Shown here one piece after another: positions 39,144 through 47,593 of a stretch of 64,000 nt of DNA (its first letter is position 1; each line of letters opens with the position of its first letter). Under the pieces are notes generated by a model, which did not search any database, had not been told where the DNA came from, and saw nothing but the letters and a program-made list of their open reading frames with translations. The position numbers were made by a program, and so were the translations under genes. Source of the stretch: a virus; IMG/VR virus record IMGVR_UViG_3300030107_001446, positions 1-64,000 of that record. One strand, 5' to 3'.

Positions 39144-39979
39144 AGACTAGAAAAACACCACTAAGATATCCAGGCGGTAAGTCTAGGGTTGCTAAAGATT
39201 TTATCCCTAGATTTCCTAGAGATATGACAGAGTATAGAGAACCATTTGTCGGTGGTGGCTCAGTTGCTTTATTGTTCACACAGATGTATCCTGACATCCC
39301 AGTGTGGGTTAATGATAAGTATGAATATCTTTATAACTTTTGGATTCAATTACAAAAGAATGGACAGGAGTTATCAGATACTTTAGTAGAGATTAAGAGA
39401 GAGCATAGCACAGAAGATAAAGCAAAAGAATTATTTAAGGGTGCTAAGGATAAGATTAAGAAGGAACCCGATGACTTTGAGAGAGCATGTCTCTTCTGGA
39501 TACTTAACAAGTGTTCTTACTCAGGACTAACAGAGAATAGTTCCTTCAGTGCTACTGCATCTAGACAAAACTTCACCACTCGTGGTGCTAGTTATCTCTA
39601 TGAGATATCTCAACTGATAAAGAATTGGAGAATCACTAACCATGATTACTCTGAAGTAATGCATGCACCAGGTGACAATGTATTCATGTTTTTAGATCCA
39701 CCTTATAAGATAGGGACATATCTATACGGTAGTAATGCTGAGTTACATAAGTCATTCAAACATGAAGAGTTTATACAACACTGTAGAGATTGTAAACATG
39801 ATTGGTTTGTAACATATAATGACGATGACTATCTTAAGTCAGAGTATGAAGGTTATCATCAAGAATTGTTTCAAATTACTTACGGTATGAAGCATAGGCC
39901 AGATAATAAACAGAAGAAGGAGTTGTTAGTATGCAACTACGAGATAAACAAGACACCACTAGAGGCATTGTATGCATGA
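39140..39979 (+). CDS. dam: DNA adenine methyltransferase (Dam-like)
   Basis: PLRYPGGKS, EPFVGGGSV, FLDPPY. Confidence 0.9.
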   Translation: MKTRKTPLRYPGGKSRVAKDFIPRFPRDMTEYREPFVGGGSVALLFTQMYPDIPVWVNDKYEYLYNFWIQLQKNGQELSDTLVEIKREHSTEDKAKELFKGAKDKIKKEPDDFERACLFWILNKCSYSGLTENSSFSATASRQNFTTRGASYLYEISQLIKNWRITNHDYSEVMHAPGDNVFMFLDPPYKIGTYLYGSNAELHKSFKHEEFIQHCRDCKHDWFVTYNDDDYLKSEYEGYHQELFQITYGMKHRPDNKQKKELLVCNYEINKTPLEALYA

Positions 39980-40358
39980 GTATCCGCTAAAGGATTACCT
40001 TAACAGTATCAATCTAAAGCAGGGAGATCTCTCTAATGATGAGAGAGCAATGAAGAAGTACCCTGCTTTTATTGTGAACAAATGTTTGTCTGGATTCATC
40101 GACACTGTTATGCATGCAAATGAGATGAATTCTTCGTCACATTTACCTAACATCCTCCAGTATCAATATTTTATACATAGTGTTAGGAAATCGAAGAGAT
40201 TTTCTCCTTGGGATAAGAAGTCTAAAGACAGTGACCTCGACTTAGTGAAGCAATACTATGGTTACAATACTGAGAAAGCTCAGCAAGCAATGAAGATCTT
40301 GACTAGGGAGCAACTTGAAGTTATTAAATCAAAACTGAATACTGGAGGAAGACAATGA
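39972..40358 (+). CDS. gp62: Clamp loader small subunit gp62
   Basis: YPAFIVNKCLS, ANEMN, RKSKRFSPW, KQYYGYN. Confidence 0.9.
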   Translation: MHEYPLKDYLNSINLKQGDLSNDERAMKKYPAFIVNKCLSGFIDTVMHANEMNSSSHLPNILQYQYFIHSVRKSKRFSPWDKKSKDSDLDLVKQYYGYNTEKAQQAMKILTREQLEVIKSKLNTGGRQ

Positions 40359-40771
40359 GTGAAGAGATCTCGTGGTCTCAAGATATGATGTTAGAAGTTA
40401 CCCTTAAGGAACCCGATGACTTTCTCAAAGTGAGAGAGACATTGACTCGTATAGGTGTAGCATCTCGTAAAGAGCGTAAGCTCTATCAGTCTTGTCACAT
40501 TCTACATAAGCGTGGTAAGTATTACATCGTGCACTTCAAAGAACTCTTTGCATTAGATGGGAAACCAACTAATATTACAGAGAATGATGTGCAACGTCGC
40601 AATCGTATCGCTAAACTCCTATCTGATTGGGGGTTATTAGAGATAGTAGGTAATGCCGAGAACCTAGCACCACTAAATCAAATTAAGGTACTGTCATTTA
40701 AGGATAAAAACGAATGGACTTTGGAATCCAAATATAATATTGGAAAGAAGAAGGTTACTGCGGAGGTTTAA
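40355..40771 (+). CDS. regA: Translational repressor RegA
   Basis: DDFLKVRETLTRIGVAS, QSCHILHK, YYIVHFKELF. Confidence 0.95.
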   Translation: MSEEISWSQDMMLEVTLKEPDDFLKVRETLTRIGVASRKERKLYQSCHILHKRGKYYIVHFKELFALDGKPTNITENDVQRRNRIAKLLSDWGLLEIVGNAENLAPLNQIKVLSFKDKNEWTLESKYNIGKKKVTAEV

Positions 40772-41212
40772 ATGACTGAGAAAAAAGGTGAAGAGAAAAA
40801 GAAAGGAGTTCTTGGTACCATAAAGGACAAGATACTACCAGATGAAGACGAACAAGCAGCCATCATATCTACTTTTGTGAGACTTGGTGTACTTGTTTGG
40901 AGTGGTGGAATATTGACGTTAAACTACGTCGCTATCCCAGGAGTACCACAACAGAAAATTGATCCGACTTTTATAGCCTCGGTTTTTACTGGAGTTTTAG
41001 CTAGCTTTGGGATTCAGACCGCTTCTAAGAAGGGTGATGGTACCATGAAGATGAATGGTGGTGGTAGTGCTAACATAACTAAAGATGATATGAAGATGTT
41101 GATAGAGAAGGCTGCGAATACCGCACCTGCTCAGACAATTCGTATCGAACAAGCCCCGCTAAATATAACAGCGTCAGCTCCGAAGGCAGACGATAAAAAA
41201 TACAATCTATAA
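40772..41212 (+). CDS. Two-TM membrane protein
   Basis: VRLGVLVWSGGILTL and TFIASVFTGVLASFG hydrophobic segments. Confidence 0.6.
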   Translation: MTEKKGEEKKKGVLGTIKDKILPDEDEQAAIISTFVRLGVLVWSGGILTLNYVAIPGVPQQKIDPTFIASVFTGVLASFGIQTASKKGDGTMKMNGGGSANITKDDMKMLIEKAANTAPAQTIRIEQAPLNITASAPKADDKKYNL

Positions 41213-41224
41213 AAATGAAGTATC

Positions 41225-41476
41225 ATGCAAAAATTTGTAAATGTTCTTGCGATAGCAAGTGCAACTGTAAGCCTTGCAGTTGTTAGCGGTGGAATCTATC
41301 TGTATACACAGAAAGATGCAATCATAGAGTCAGTTACTGAGAAAGCACTAGGATCTCTTGGTGGTGGTGCTCTTGGTGGTATAACAGACAGTCTTTCTAC
41401 AGAAGGTCTTGGATCAGCTGTCCCTGTACCTGATATGGAAGCACCTCAAGCAGCACCAATGGAATCTCCATTTTAA
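41225..41476 (+). CDS. N-terminal TM / Gly-rich hypothetical protein
   Basis: Hydrophobic N-terminus; Gly/Pro-rich tail. Confidence 0.6.
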   Translation: MQKFVNVLAIASATVSLAVVSGGIYLYTQKDAIIESVTEKALGSLGGGALGGITDSLSTEGLGSAVPVPDMEAPQAAPMESPF

Positions 41477-41974
41477 ATGAAGATATATAAATCCAATGTT
41501 GTTTTAGATAACGTTGGAGTGATGACTTCCATACTAGATGATGTAACGTATGAAGGTGACCTCACCATGTCATACGATAGATATAATATCTTCGGATTAA
41601 CCTCTCCAACTCAGGTCTTTTACGACCTCTTCAATGAGTTGAGAGGTTTTGTTTATGACTATACAGATGCTGATCAATTGTGGATGCAAGCATGGTTAAA
41701 TAGACATATGCCTGAGGATGTGTTACCATGGCATGACCATGCGTGGCCTATTCATGGCTATATAAGTATAAGACCCTTCAATACTACAACTGTATTTGAA
41801 GATTTTGAAATACAAAATGAAGTTGGTAATGTTTATATCGGACCAGGTTATATGAAGCATAAGGTTGTGGTTAATGAACCATTTACTACACCTCGTCTTA
41901 CTATAGGGTTTGATATACTACATGAACCAGGTAGATACTCTGCCAATTTAGGATTGATACCTTTTCCAAAATGA
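41477..41974 (+). CDS. Probable 2OG-Fe(II) oxygenase / cupin
   Basis: AWLN, PWHDH, HGYIS, MKHKV, RLTIGFD. Confidence 0.65.
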   Translation: MKIYKSNVVLDNVGVMTSILDDVTYEGDLTMSYDRYNIFGLTSPTQVFYDLFNELRGFVYDYTDADQLWMQAWLNRHMPEDVLPWHDHAWPIHGYISIRPFNTTTVFEDFEIQNEVGNVYIGPGYMKHKVVVNEPFTTPRLTIGFDILHEPGRYSANLGLIPFPK

Positions 41975-42540
41975 GTTGTCCCTTTGAAACACTAGAGAAT
42001 CCATTGACCTCTGGGTACAGAGAGCTAAAGGATTTTATATTATCTGAACAGTTTCCTTGGTTTTATAACAACCAAGCAACACCATATGCTGAAGCATTGG
42101 GGTTTGAGCAAGAGCATAAGGACTTATCCTTCTACTCTCATGCAGTCCTACATGGACCTGCACACCCTGCTACTATGAGTAGTGAGCATAGGAGATATCC
42201 TAGGTCTAACTCTCAGTATCTTGATGCTTTTGATGACGTTATCAATGACATCATGTTACATAATAATATGAATGTCCATTGTATATACAGGATAAATGCT
42301 AACGCAGTGCATCCAGTAGAGGGTAATGTATTAACTGTTCCTCATAAGGACCATGAGTTTCCTCATAAAAACTTAATAATATACTTGACAGATTCTGGTG
42401 GTAGGACTTATTGTGAAGAGGATGGCATGGACCATTACTTTGAACCTCTTGAAGATGACATTGTAACATTTGAAGGTCTACATTATATGCAACCTCCTAA
42501 ATCTAAGAGGAGAGTAGTAATAGTAGTAACGTATCTCTAA
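41971..42540 (+). CDS. 2OG-Fe(II) oxygenase-like protein
   Basis: FPWFY, RINAN, PHKDH, IIYL, GLH, RRVVIV. Confidence 0.7.
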   Translation: MSCPFETLENPLTSGYRELKDFILSEQFPWFYNNQATPYAEALGFEQEHKDLSFYSHAVLHGPAHPATMSSEHRRYPRSNSQYLDAFDDVINDIMLHNNMNVHCIYRINANAVHPVEGNVLTVPHKDHEFPHKNLIIYLTDSGGRTYCEEDGMDHYFEPLEDDIVTFEGLHYMQPPKSKRRVVIVVTYL

Positions 42541-42797
42541 TGGATTTACAGAAAGCAGCATCAACAACAACAGCAGTAGCAGTCTTAGGGACTGGTGCAT
42601 TTGTAGGGGGTAACCATGTCGTCGATCAGCAGACTGGTGGTCCTCAGAAGAGACAAGATGCTCAGATAGAAGCAATCAGGCAAGTCGTCAGGGAAGAAGT
42701 TTACCTACAACTGATAAACGCATGGCCGAAAACATCAGGACCCGTACGAGGACTTAAAAAACCAGAAGATTACAAACAGACAATACCAAAACAATGA
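42540..42797 (+). CDS. Hypothetical protein with N-terminal hydrophobic segment
   Basis: 85 aa; coupled to neighbours. Confidence 0.55.
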   Translation: MDLQKAASTTTAVAVLGTGAFVGGNHVVDQQTGGPQKRQDAQIEAIRQVVREEVYLQLINAWPKTSGPVRGLKKPEDYKQTIPKQ

Positions 42798-43057
42798 GTG
42801 GAGACCAGAAAGACCAACCAGTTATCTTCTATAGTGAGGAGACTACTAAGGCAAAACAAATAGTTATTCAACACAAAAAGGATGATTCAATGAGCGACAT
42901 ACTCTTTCACGTATATGATAAGAAGTCAGAGGTGATAGCTCATACTCTTAGTGTTGAGGAATTGGAAGAGAAATTAAGAAAGAAAGAAATATCTACAAGT
43001 AAGCATGAGATTGTCCCAGTATGGGAACCACCCTATGATATGGATCTATCGCAGTGA
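42794..43057 (+). CDS. Hypothetical protein
   Basis: 87 aa; coupled to neighbours. Confidence 0.5.
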   Translation: MSGDQKDQPVIFYSEETTKAKQIVIQHKKDDSMSDILFHVYDKKSEVIAHTLSVEELEEKLRKKEISTSKHEIVPVWEPPYDMDLSQ

Positions 43058-43938
43058 CAATACCTAACATTACGATACCTGATGCAGGTGTGCCTAACAT
43101 TATAATAAATGGTACAGGTATTAGGTTCATTCGTGATGTTAGAACATGGAATCCAGGTATAGCAAATATTCAGTTAGCAGAGTTACGTCCATGGGAGACT
43201 ACCAGTCAGGTTGTTACTCCATTGGATCCACCAGTAGTAATAAACATAGGACAACCTATTGTTGATATACCTGGATGCGTTAAAGTCCATAAGGAGAACA
43301 CAGGTAAAGACCCATCTCTCAATAAGAATCTAGTTAATGATGACCCTAAAGGTAATGTAGTAGCATGTGATGCAGGTATGCCATACTATGAACCACCTAA
43401 CTATGATGCTAGAGAGTTAACATGGCAGACAGTATATACTGAGCAAGACGAGGTTGATGAAGGAGTAGATACAGGAGATATAGCACAGGCAGAATTTGAT
43501 ACACCAGAAACACCTGAGATACCACCGACAGGTTCAGAAAAGGTAGAGTGTCCTCCACCCAATGCTAGACGCATAGGAGATAGGAATCAGAAAGGTGATG
43601 AGCAAGTAAAAGAATATAAACTAACACCTGACGGTAAAATCTGTGAGACCATCTGGGAACCAGTACCAGCAGTGGAACAGTATCTACCAACGGTTGGTAC
43701 CGTATCTACAACAGCAGTCATAGCAACAGTCGCAACAACATCAGCTTTATTTGCAAAACCCTTAGCAGATTTAATACTAAGGGTTGTGAAACCTGTTATT
43801 AAGAAGGTTATGGGTAAGGTTAACTCTATTCTTGGTCGTCAGACTCGGAGACCGTCCCGATCTGAAGTGTTGGCAGACCAATACCGTTTGAAGAAGGGGT
43901 TACTTCCACTGAAGAAGACTCTAAAGAAGAAGAAGTAG
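43054..43938 (+). CDS. Pro/acidic-rich protein with C-terminal membrane anchor
   Basis: GTG start, 4 Cys, VSTTAVIATVATTSALFA hydrophobic segment, basic tail. Confidence 0.65.
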   Translation: MTIPNITIPDAGVPNIIINGTGIRFIRDVRTWNPGIANIQLAELRPWETTSQVVTPLDPPVVINIGQPIVDIPGCVKVHKENTGKDPSLNKNLVNDDPKGNVVACDAGMPYYEPPNYDARELTWQTVYTEQDEVDEGVDTGDIAQAEFDTPETPEIPPTGSEKVECPPPNARRIGDRNQKGDEQVKEYKLTPDGKICETIWEPVPAVEQYLPTVGTVSTTAVIATVATTSALFAKPLADLILRVVKPVIKKVMGKVNSILGRQTRRPSRSEVLADQYRLKKGLLPLKKTLKKKK

Positions 43939-44760
43939 GTTGAGTCCACTTAGGTTGTGGTAACTGATGCTCGTGTGGAATTATCTGTCCACCTGGTGCT
44001 GTTACTACTACATCAGCACAAACACTATGATAAGGACTAGCGGGATGGAAAAATATCCCGCTTTTTTTCAGCTCACCACAATTTTTAAGACGAGCTAATT
44101 CAAAGTCTAATCTCTTGTTAGATATTAATTGCTCTTGCATATTAATCTGTGCTTGTGCTGCTTCATGGCACTGCTTAACTAACTTTCTATTCAATGGTAT
44201 AGACAGAGTAGCAGAGAAACCTGCATTGAATGACTGATTAGCAGACATGTCTGTCCTCACTGGTTTAAACCAAGTAGGAGTCATGGTACCATTACTTACT
44301 ACATCTGGTACTCCATCAGGACCATCTATATCCATTGTGATTTGCATGTCAGCACCATCTTCAAACCATCTACTACCATCTGCCTTGGTTCTGGTGTCAT
44401 ACCATGTCTCCCAAGGATAGTTTTTAACTGTTACTGTAGTAGGAGTCATCTTACCACTGGTATCAGTCAAATTATATTGTGGTTCATCATAAAAATCGAC
44501 CCAAGGATCCTTCCTAGAGTCGGCAAACTGCACATAGGGTGTAAGGTTAAAGGTACTACCCTGACATTGGACACCACCACCATAGGTGTTGGTTATGTAT
44601 GGACCTTGTAAAACTTGTATTGCCTGGTTCGTCACCGAGCCAGAACTATTGGCGATAGGGTTCGCTGTTGCACTAACTCCACCAACTTCTGCTCTTGCAG
44701 GTAAAGTTTGGACGCTGAGAAGTGCTGCAATTACTGGGTAAACGTACTTGTTGTGTCTGT
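43826..44760 (-). CDS. Exported protein (signal peptide; beta-hairpin + helix); true start uncertain
   Basis: KYVYPVIAALLSVQTLPARA|EVGG looks like a signal peptide. The only canonical in-frame start I found is at 45040, inside the upstream gene. Confidence 0.65.
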
Positions 44761-45198
44761 TACGCTTCGGATGGTGGTTACTCTTTGTATGAGAGTTTGG
44801 TTGGTGACCCCTGGTCCTTGATAACTCTGTACGAATTGGAACGCCTCCCCTGGAGTCGTTATCGTAAACTGAGTTTGATTGTTGAAGTCCAAGTTGTCGA
44901 AGGATGAAGTCACTGTACCTGTTATGGCTGCGTCTCCTGACCCCACGCTTGGGCTTACTGTTACTGTTGATGTATTCACGTTGGGGTTTAGTGCTTCTCC
45001 ATTGTTTGAAATGCCTACCCCACTCACGGTGTATTCCCATCCTGTCCTCATGTCAATCGAATTTATGGTTTCCGTCACGGTAGATTCAGTCTCCGTGTGG
45101 GATGTCATCGATCCCTGTTGGAAATTTGGTACCACAGGCACTGCATAAGCAGCAGTACCTCCGAAACTAAGCAGTAGTAGTACTAAAACTCGTTTCAT
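44731..45198 (-). CDS. Exported beta-rich protein
   Basis: MKRVLVLLLLSFGGTAAYA| signal peptide; Thr/Ser/Val-rich. Confidence 0.75.
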   Translation of the reverse strand: MKRVLVLLLLSFGGTAAYAVPVVPNFQQGSMTSHTETESTVTETINSIDMRTGWEYTVSGVGISNNGEALNPNVNTSTVTVSPSVGSGDAAITGTVTSSFDNLDFNNQTQFTITTPGEAFQFVQSYQGPGVTNQTLIQRVTTIRSVTDTTSTFTQ

Positions 45199-45210
45199 TA
45201 TGTAGCATCC

Positions 45211-45720
45211 TTAGCGTATGGTTATTTCTGTGACGAATTGTCCCGTAGCCGAAGTACCTGAACCTCCAGCTGTTAGAGTCATAGCACCCGAACTCAAAAT
45301 AGTTCCAGCCAAGGAACCAGCGGTACCAGGGGCAGTGGAGACTATATTACTATAACCAAGCACGTCACCTACGTCCGCAGCAGTGGTTACAATAGCATCA
45401 CCTGTAGTTATATTTTGTGTAAAACTATATGCATTTCCTTGGGTTGTCTGTGCTACGTCAGGTAGGGCAAAAGTTGCTACACCTGCTGTGCTGACAGCAG
45501 ATATACCACCTAAATCATTTGTTGCACTACCACCAGACGGTGTAATAGTTGTGCTGACACCAGATCCACTGGTGCTATAAGAATTACCTGCTCTTGAAAC
45601 TTGAGTATAACCCGCATCTACTTGGAGTTGCGTAGAGCTACTAAGTCTATGAGTCAGATCGGCACGTGCTGCTGTGCCACTCATCAAAATCATACCAAAA
45701 AGCAATACTGCTCTTTTCAT
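45211..45720 (-). CDS. Exported beta-rich protein
   Basis: MKRAVLLFGMILMSGTAARA| signal peptide; CTAAATA on the minus strand at about 45743-45749. Confidence 0.75.
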   Translation of the reverse strand: MKRAVLLFGMILMSGTAARADLTHRLSSSTQLQVDAGYTQVSRAGNSYSTSGSGVSTTITPSGGSATNDLGGISAVSTAGVATFALPDVAQTTQGNAYSFTQNITTGDAIVTTAADVGDVLGYSNIVSTAPGTAGSLAGTILSSGAMTLTAGGSGTSATGQFVTEITIR

Positions 45721-45879
45721 TTATCCTAAGTAGAAGTACTTCTATTTAGCAAAAACCGTACTGTAACAAATGTACCATTACGGATACCCCTATTGCTAGT
45801 GTCTCAGGGGTATGGTATAAATATATGTGGATGCCGAAAGGGTCCACAATTAACACTCGCTTATTTAAGGAGACCTATC

Positions 45880-46320
45880 ATGGGAAAAATACAAAGATAT
45901 CGTAGTGCGGATTTACCTGCACTAATGGACAAGATTTTTACTAACTCACTAGGGTTGGATGATTATTTTGATAGCTTTAACTCGATGGAAGCTCAGAATT
46001 ATCCACCCTATAATATTGTTCATGTAAATAATCACGAGTCAAGACTAGAGGTTGCTCTAGCAGGGTTCAAAAAGGATGAAGTCAATGTCTACACAGAATA
46101 CGGTAAACTCCACGTCGAAGGAAGCAAACCAACCAAAGAAGATATTTCTACAGAGGAACAATTCTTCCATAGAGGACTTGCACAAAGAAGTTTCAAACGC
46201 TCTTGGGCAGTTGCAGAAGACACTAAAGTAACTGATGTTACATTTGAGGATGGTCTATTGGTAGTTAAACTTGGTAAGGTAATACCTGAGCATCATGCTC
46301 GTAAAGATTACCTAACATGA
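45880..46320 (+). CDS. hsp20: Small heat-shock protein Hsp20
   Basis: YPPYNI, LEVALAGF, HRGLAQRSFKRSW, FEDGLLVV; AAGGAG RBS and TATAAATA at 45816. Confidence 0.93.
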   Translation: MGKIQRYRSADLPALMDKIFTNSLGLDDYFDSFNSMEAQNYPPYNIVHVNNHESRLEVALAGFKKDEVNVYTEYGKLHVEGSKPTKEDISTEEQFFHRGLAQRSFKRSWAVAEDTKVTDVTFEDGLLVVKLGKVIPEHHARKDYLT

Positions 46321-46499
46321 AGACAGAAGATGTCGTTATGCACCCCTTATGGATAGGGCCTGTGCTGATACTGGGTATGTTGGTCATGATACAGACCCTT
46401 CATACCCTCACCCACTGGAGGATGGAGATAGATGCTGATGCATACTGTCGAAACAATGCTGAGTGGGTAGAGTCACAGACAAATGATGATGACTACTAA
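46317..46499 (+). CDS. Small membrane protein
   Basis: Hydrophobic LWIGPVLILGMLVMI. Confidence 0.55.
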   Translation: MKTEDVVMHPLWIGPVLILGMLVMIQTLHTLTHWRMEIDADAYCRNNAEWVESQTNDDDY

Positions 46500-46509
46500 A
46501 TAATATACA

Positions 46510-46731
46510 ATGGAACAGGTATTACTAATGAGTGACCCGATAATAACACCACCAGAGTATGCTAATGACCCTCTTGCATATGTCCCAGACACAAGCATAG
46601 AGGAAAAACTAGATGAGATTAACGCTAAGTTAGATCATTTGTTAGAGCATGCACATCAACCTTACACAGGAACTATTCATTTAGATCCTCCTGCTAAGGT
46701 ATCAAGTGGTAAAGTAACAGGTGATGTTTAG
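46510..46731 (+). CDS. Hypothetical protein
   Basis: 73 aa after CTAAATA. Confidence 0.5.
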   Translation: MEQVLLMSDPIITPPEYANDPLAYVPDTSIEEKLDEINAKLDHLLEHAHQPYTGTIHLDPPAKVSSGKVTGDV

Positions 46732-46753
46732 ACACCTATATAATTTAACAACC

Positions 46754-46779
46754 AAAGAGACCTTCAGAGGTCTCTTTTT
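46754..46779 (+). terminator. Intrinsic terminator
   Basis: AAAGAGACCT-TCAG-AGGTCTCTTT followed by Ts. Confidence 0.85.
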
Positions 46780-46781
46780 AT

Positions 46782-47042
46782 ATGGAGTTGATTATTATGA
46801 ACATGTATGTTAATATATGTCCAGAGTCCAATGAAAAGAAAGATACACTGACGTTAGACCTACCGCCAGAGTTATCAGAAGAGTTTATGCAGATGGTGCA
46901 TATGCTTTCTGACCAACGAAACGTGTCTGCTAGGAAAGCATTCGGTGATTTAGTTAGAGGTACTTACTATAATTTAATGGAGGGTCAAGGATATGTCAGT
47001 AAGAGTCGCAAGAATGCAAAACGGAGAGGACGTAATAGCTGA
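46782..47042 (+). CDS. Hypothetical protein
   Basis: ORF after the terminator; the start may be at a downstream Met. Confidence 0.55.
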   Translation: MELIIMNMYVNICPESNEKKDTLTLDLPPELSEEFMQMVHMLSDQRNVSARKAFGDLVRGTYYNLMEGQGYVSKSRKNAKRRGRNS

Positions 47043-47427
47043 TATCAAGGAGATACGTCCTGATGCTACAGGTAAAACTGCTATAGCATATGAATTCATT
47101 GATGCATTCACCGTGACAATCTTGAGACAAGTTGAAGATATGTTTCAAGAGGGTGATAAAGTTGACATGGAGTCTCTTGGTAATATAGAATTAGAATTCT
47201 TTCCGTGGTCACCATTGTCAACTGGAAGAAATATTGTTACACTATATTCAGTAGTGGCAATTTCAGAGCCACATTCCAACGTCGTTGACGGATGGCAACA
47301 GGCAATAAAAAAATACAAAGAGATAAAGAAAGACGATGCTAAAGTTGATCATACTCAAACACCGCCCACAGCTGTATTTGTTGGGGAAGATAACGGAACT
47401 GGACGAGGAACCGAGTCTACTGATTGA
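46993..47427 (+). CDS. Hypothetical protein upstream of gp43 (possible Sm-like fold)
   Basis: VARMQNGEDVIADIKE...FPWSPLS. Confidence 0.65.
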   Translation: MSVRVARMQNGEDVIADIKEIRPDATGKTAIAYEFIDAFTVTILRQVEDMFQEGDKVDMESLGNIELEFFPWSPLSTGRNIVTLYSVVAISEPHSNVVDGWQQAIKKYKEIKKDDAKVDHTQTPPTAVFVGEDNGTGRGTESTD

Positions 47428-47593
47428 GAATTGTTATTCTGTTGGACCTGAAGGTGTGTTGGATACATTTCCATTACATACAGACCAACGAGATTTGTTC
47501 TTGACATCTGACCAGGTCTTGACTATACTGGATCCCTCTGCTGTTGTTGCAGAGAAATATGGAGAAGCAGTAGGTTCTGAAATTAATGAGTGA
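47336..47593 (+). CDS. Hypothetical protein upstream of gp43
   Basis: YLLGKITELDEEPSLLIENCY...LTILDP. Confidence 0.6.
   Translation: MLKLIILKHRPQLYLLGKITELDEEPSLLIENCYSVGPEGVLDTFPLHTDQRDLFLTSDQVLTILDPSAVVAEKYGEAVGSEINE

Noticed and set aside
44761-45040. N-terminal ~95 aa of the 404-aa minus-strand ORF
   Set aside because: It lies wholly within another gene's alternative frame, upstream of an apparent signal peptide, and reads like shadow sequence.
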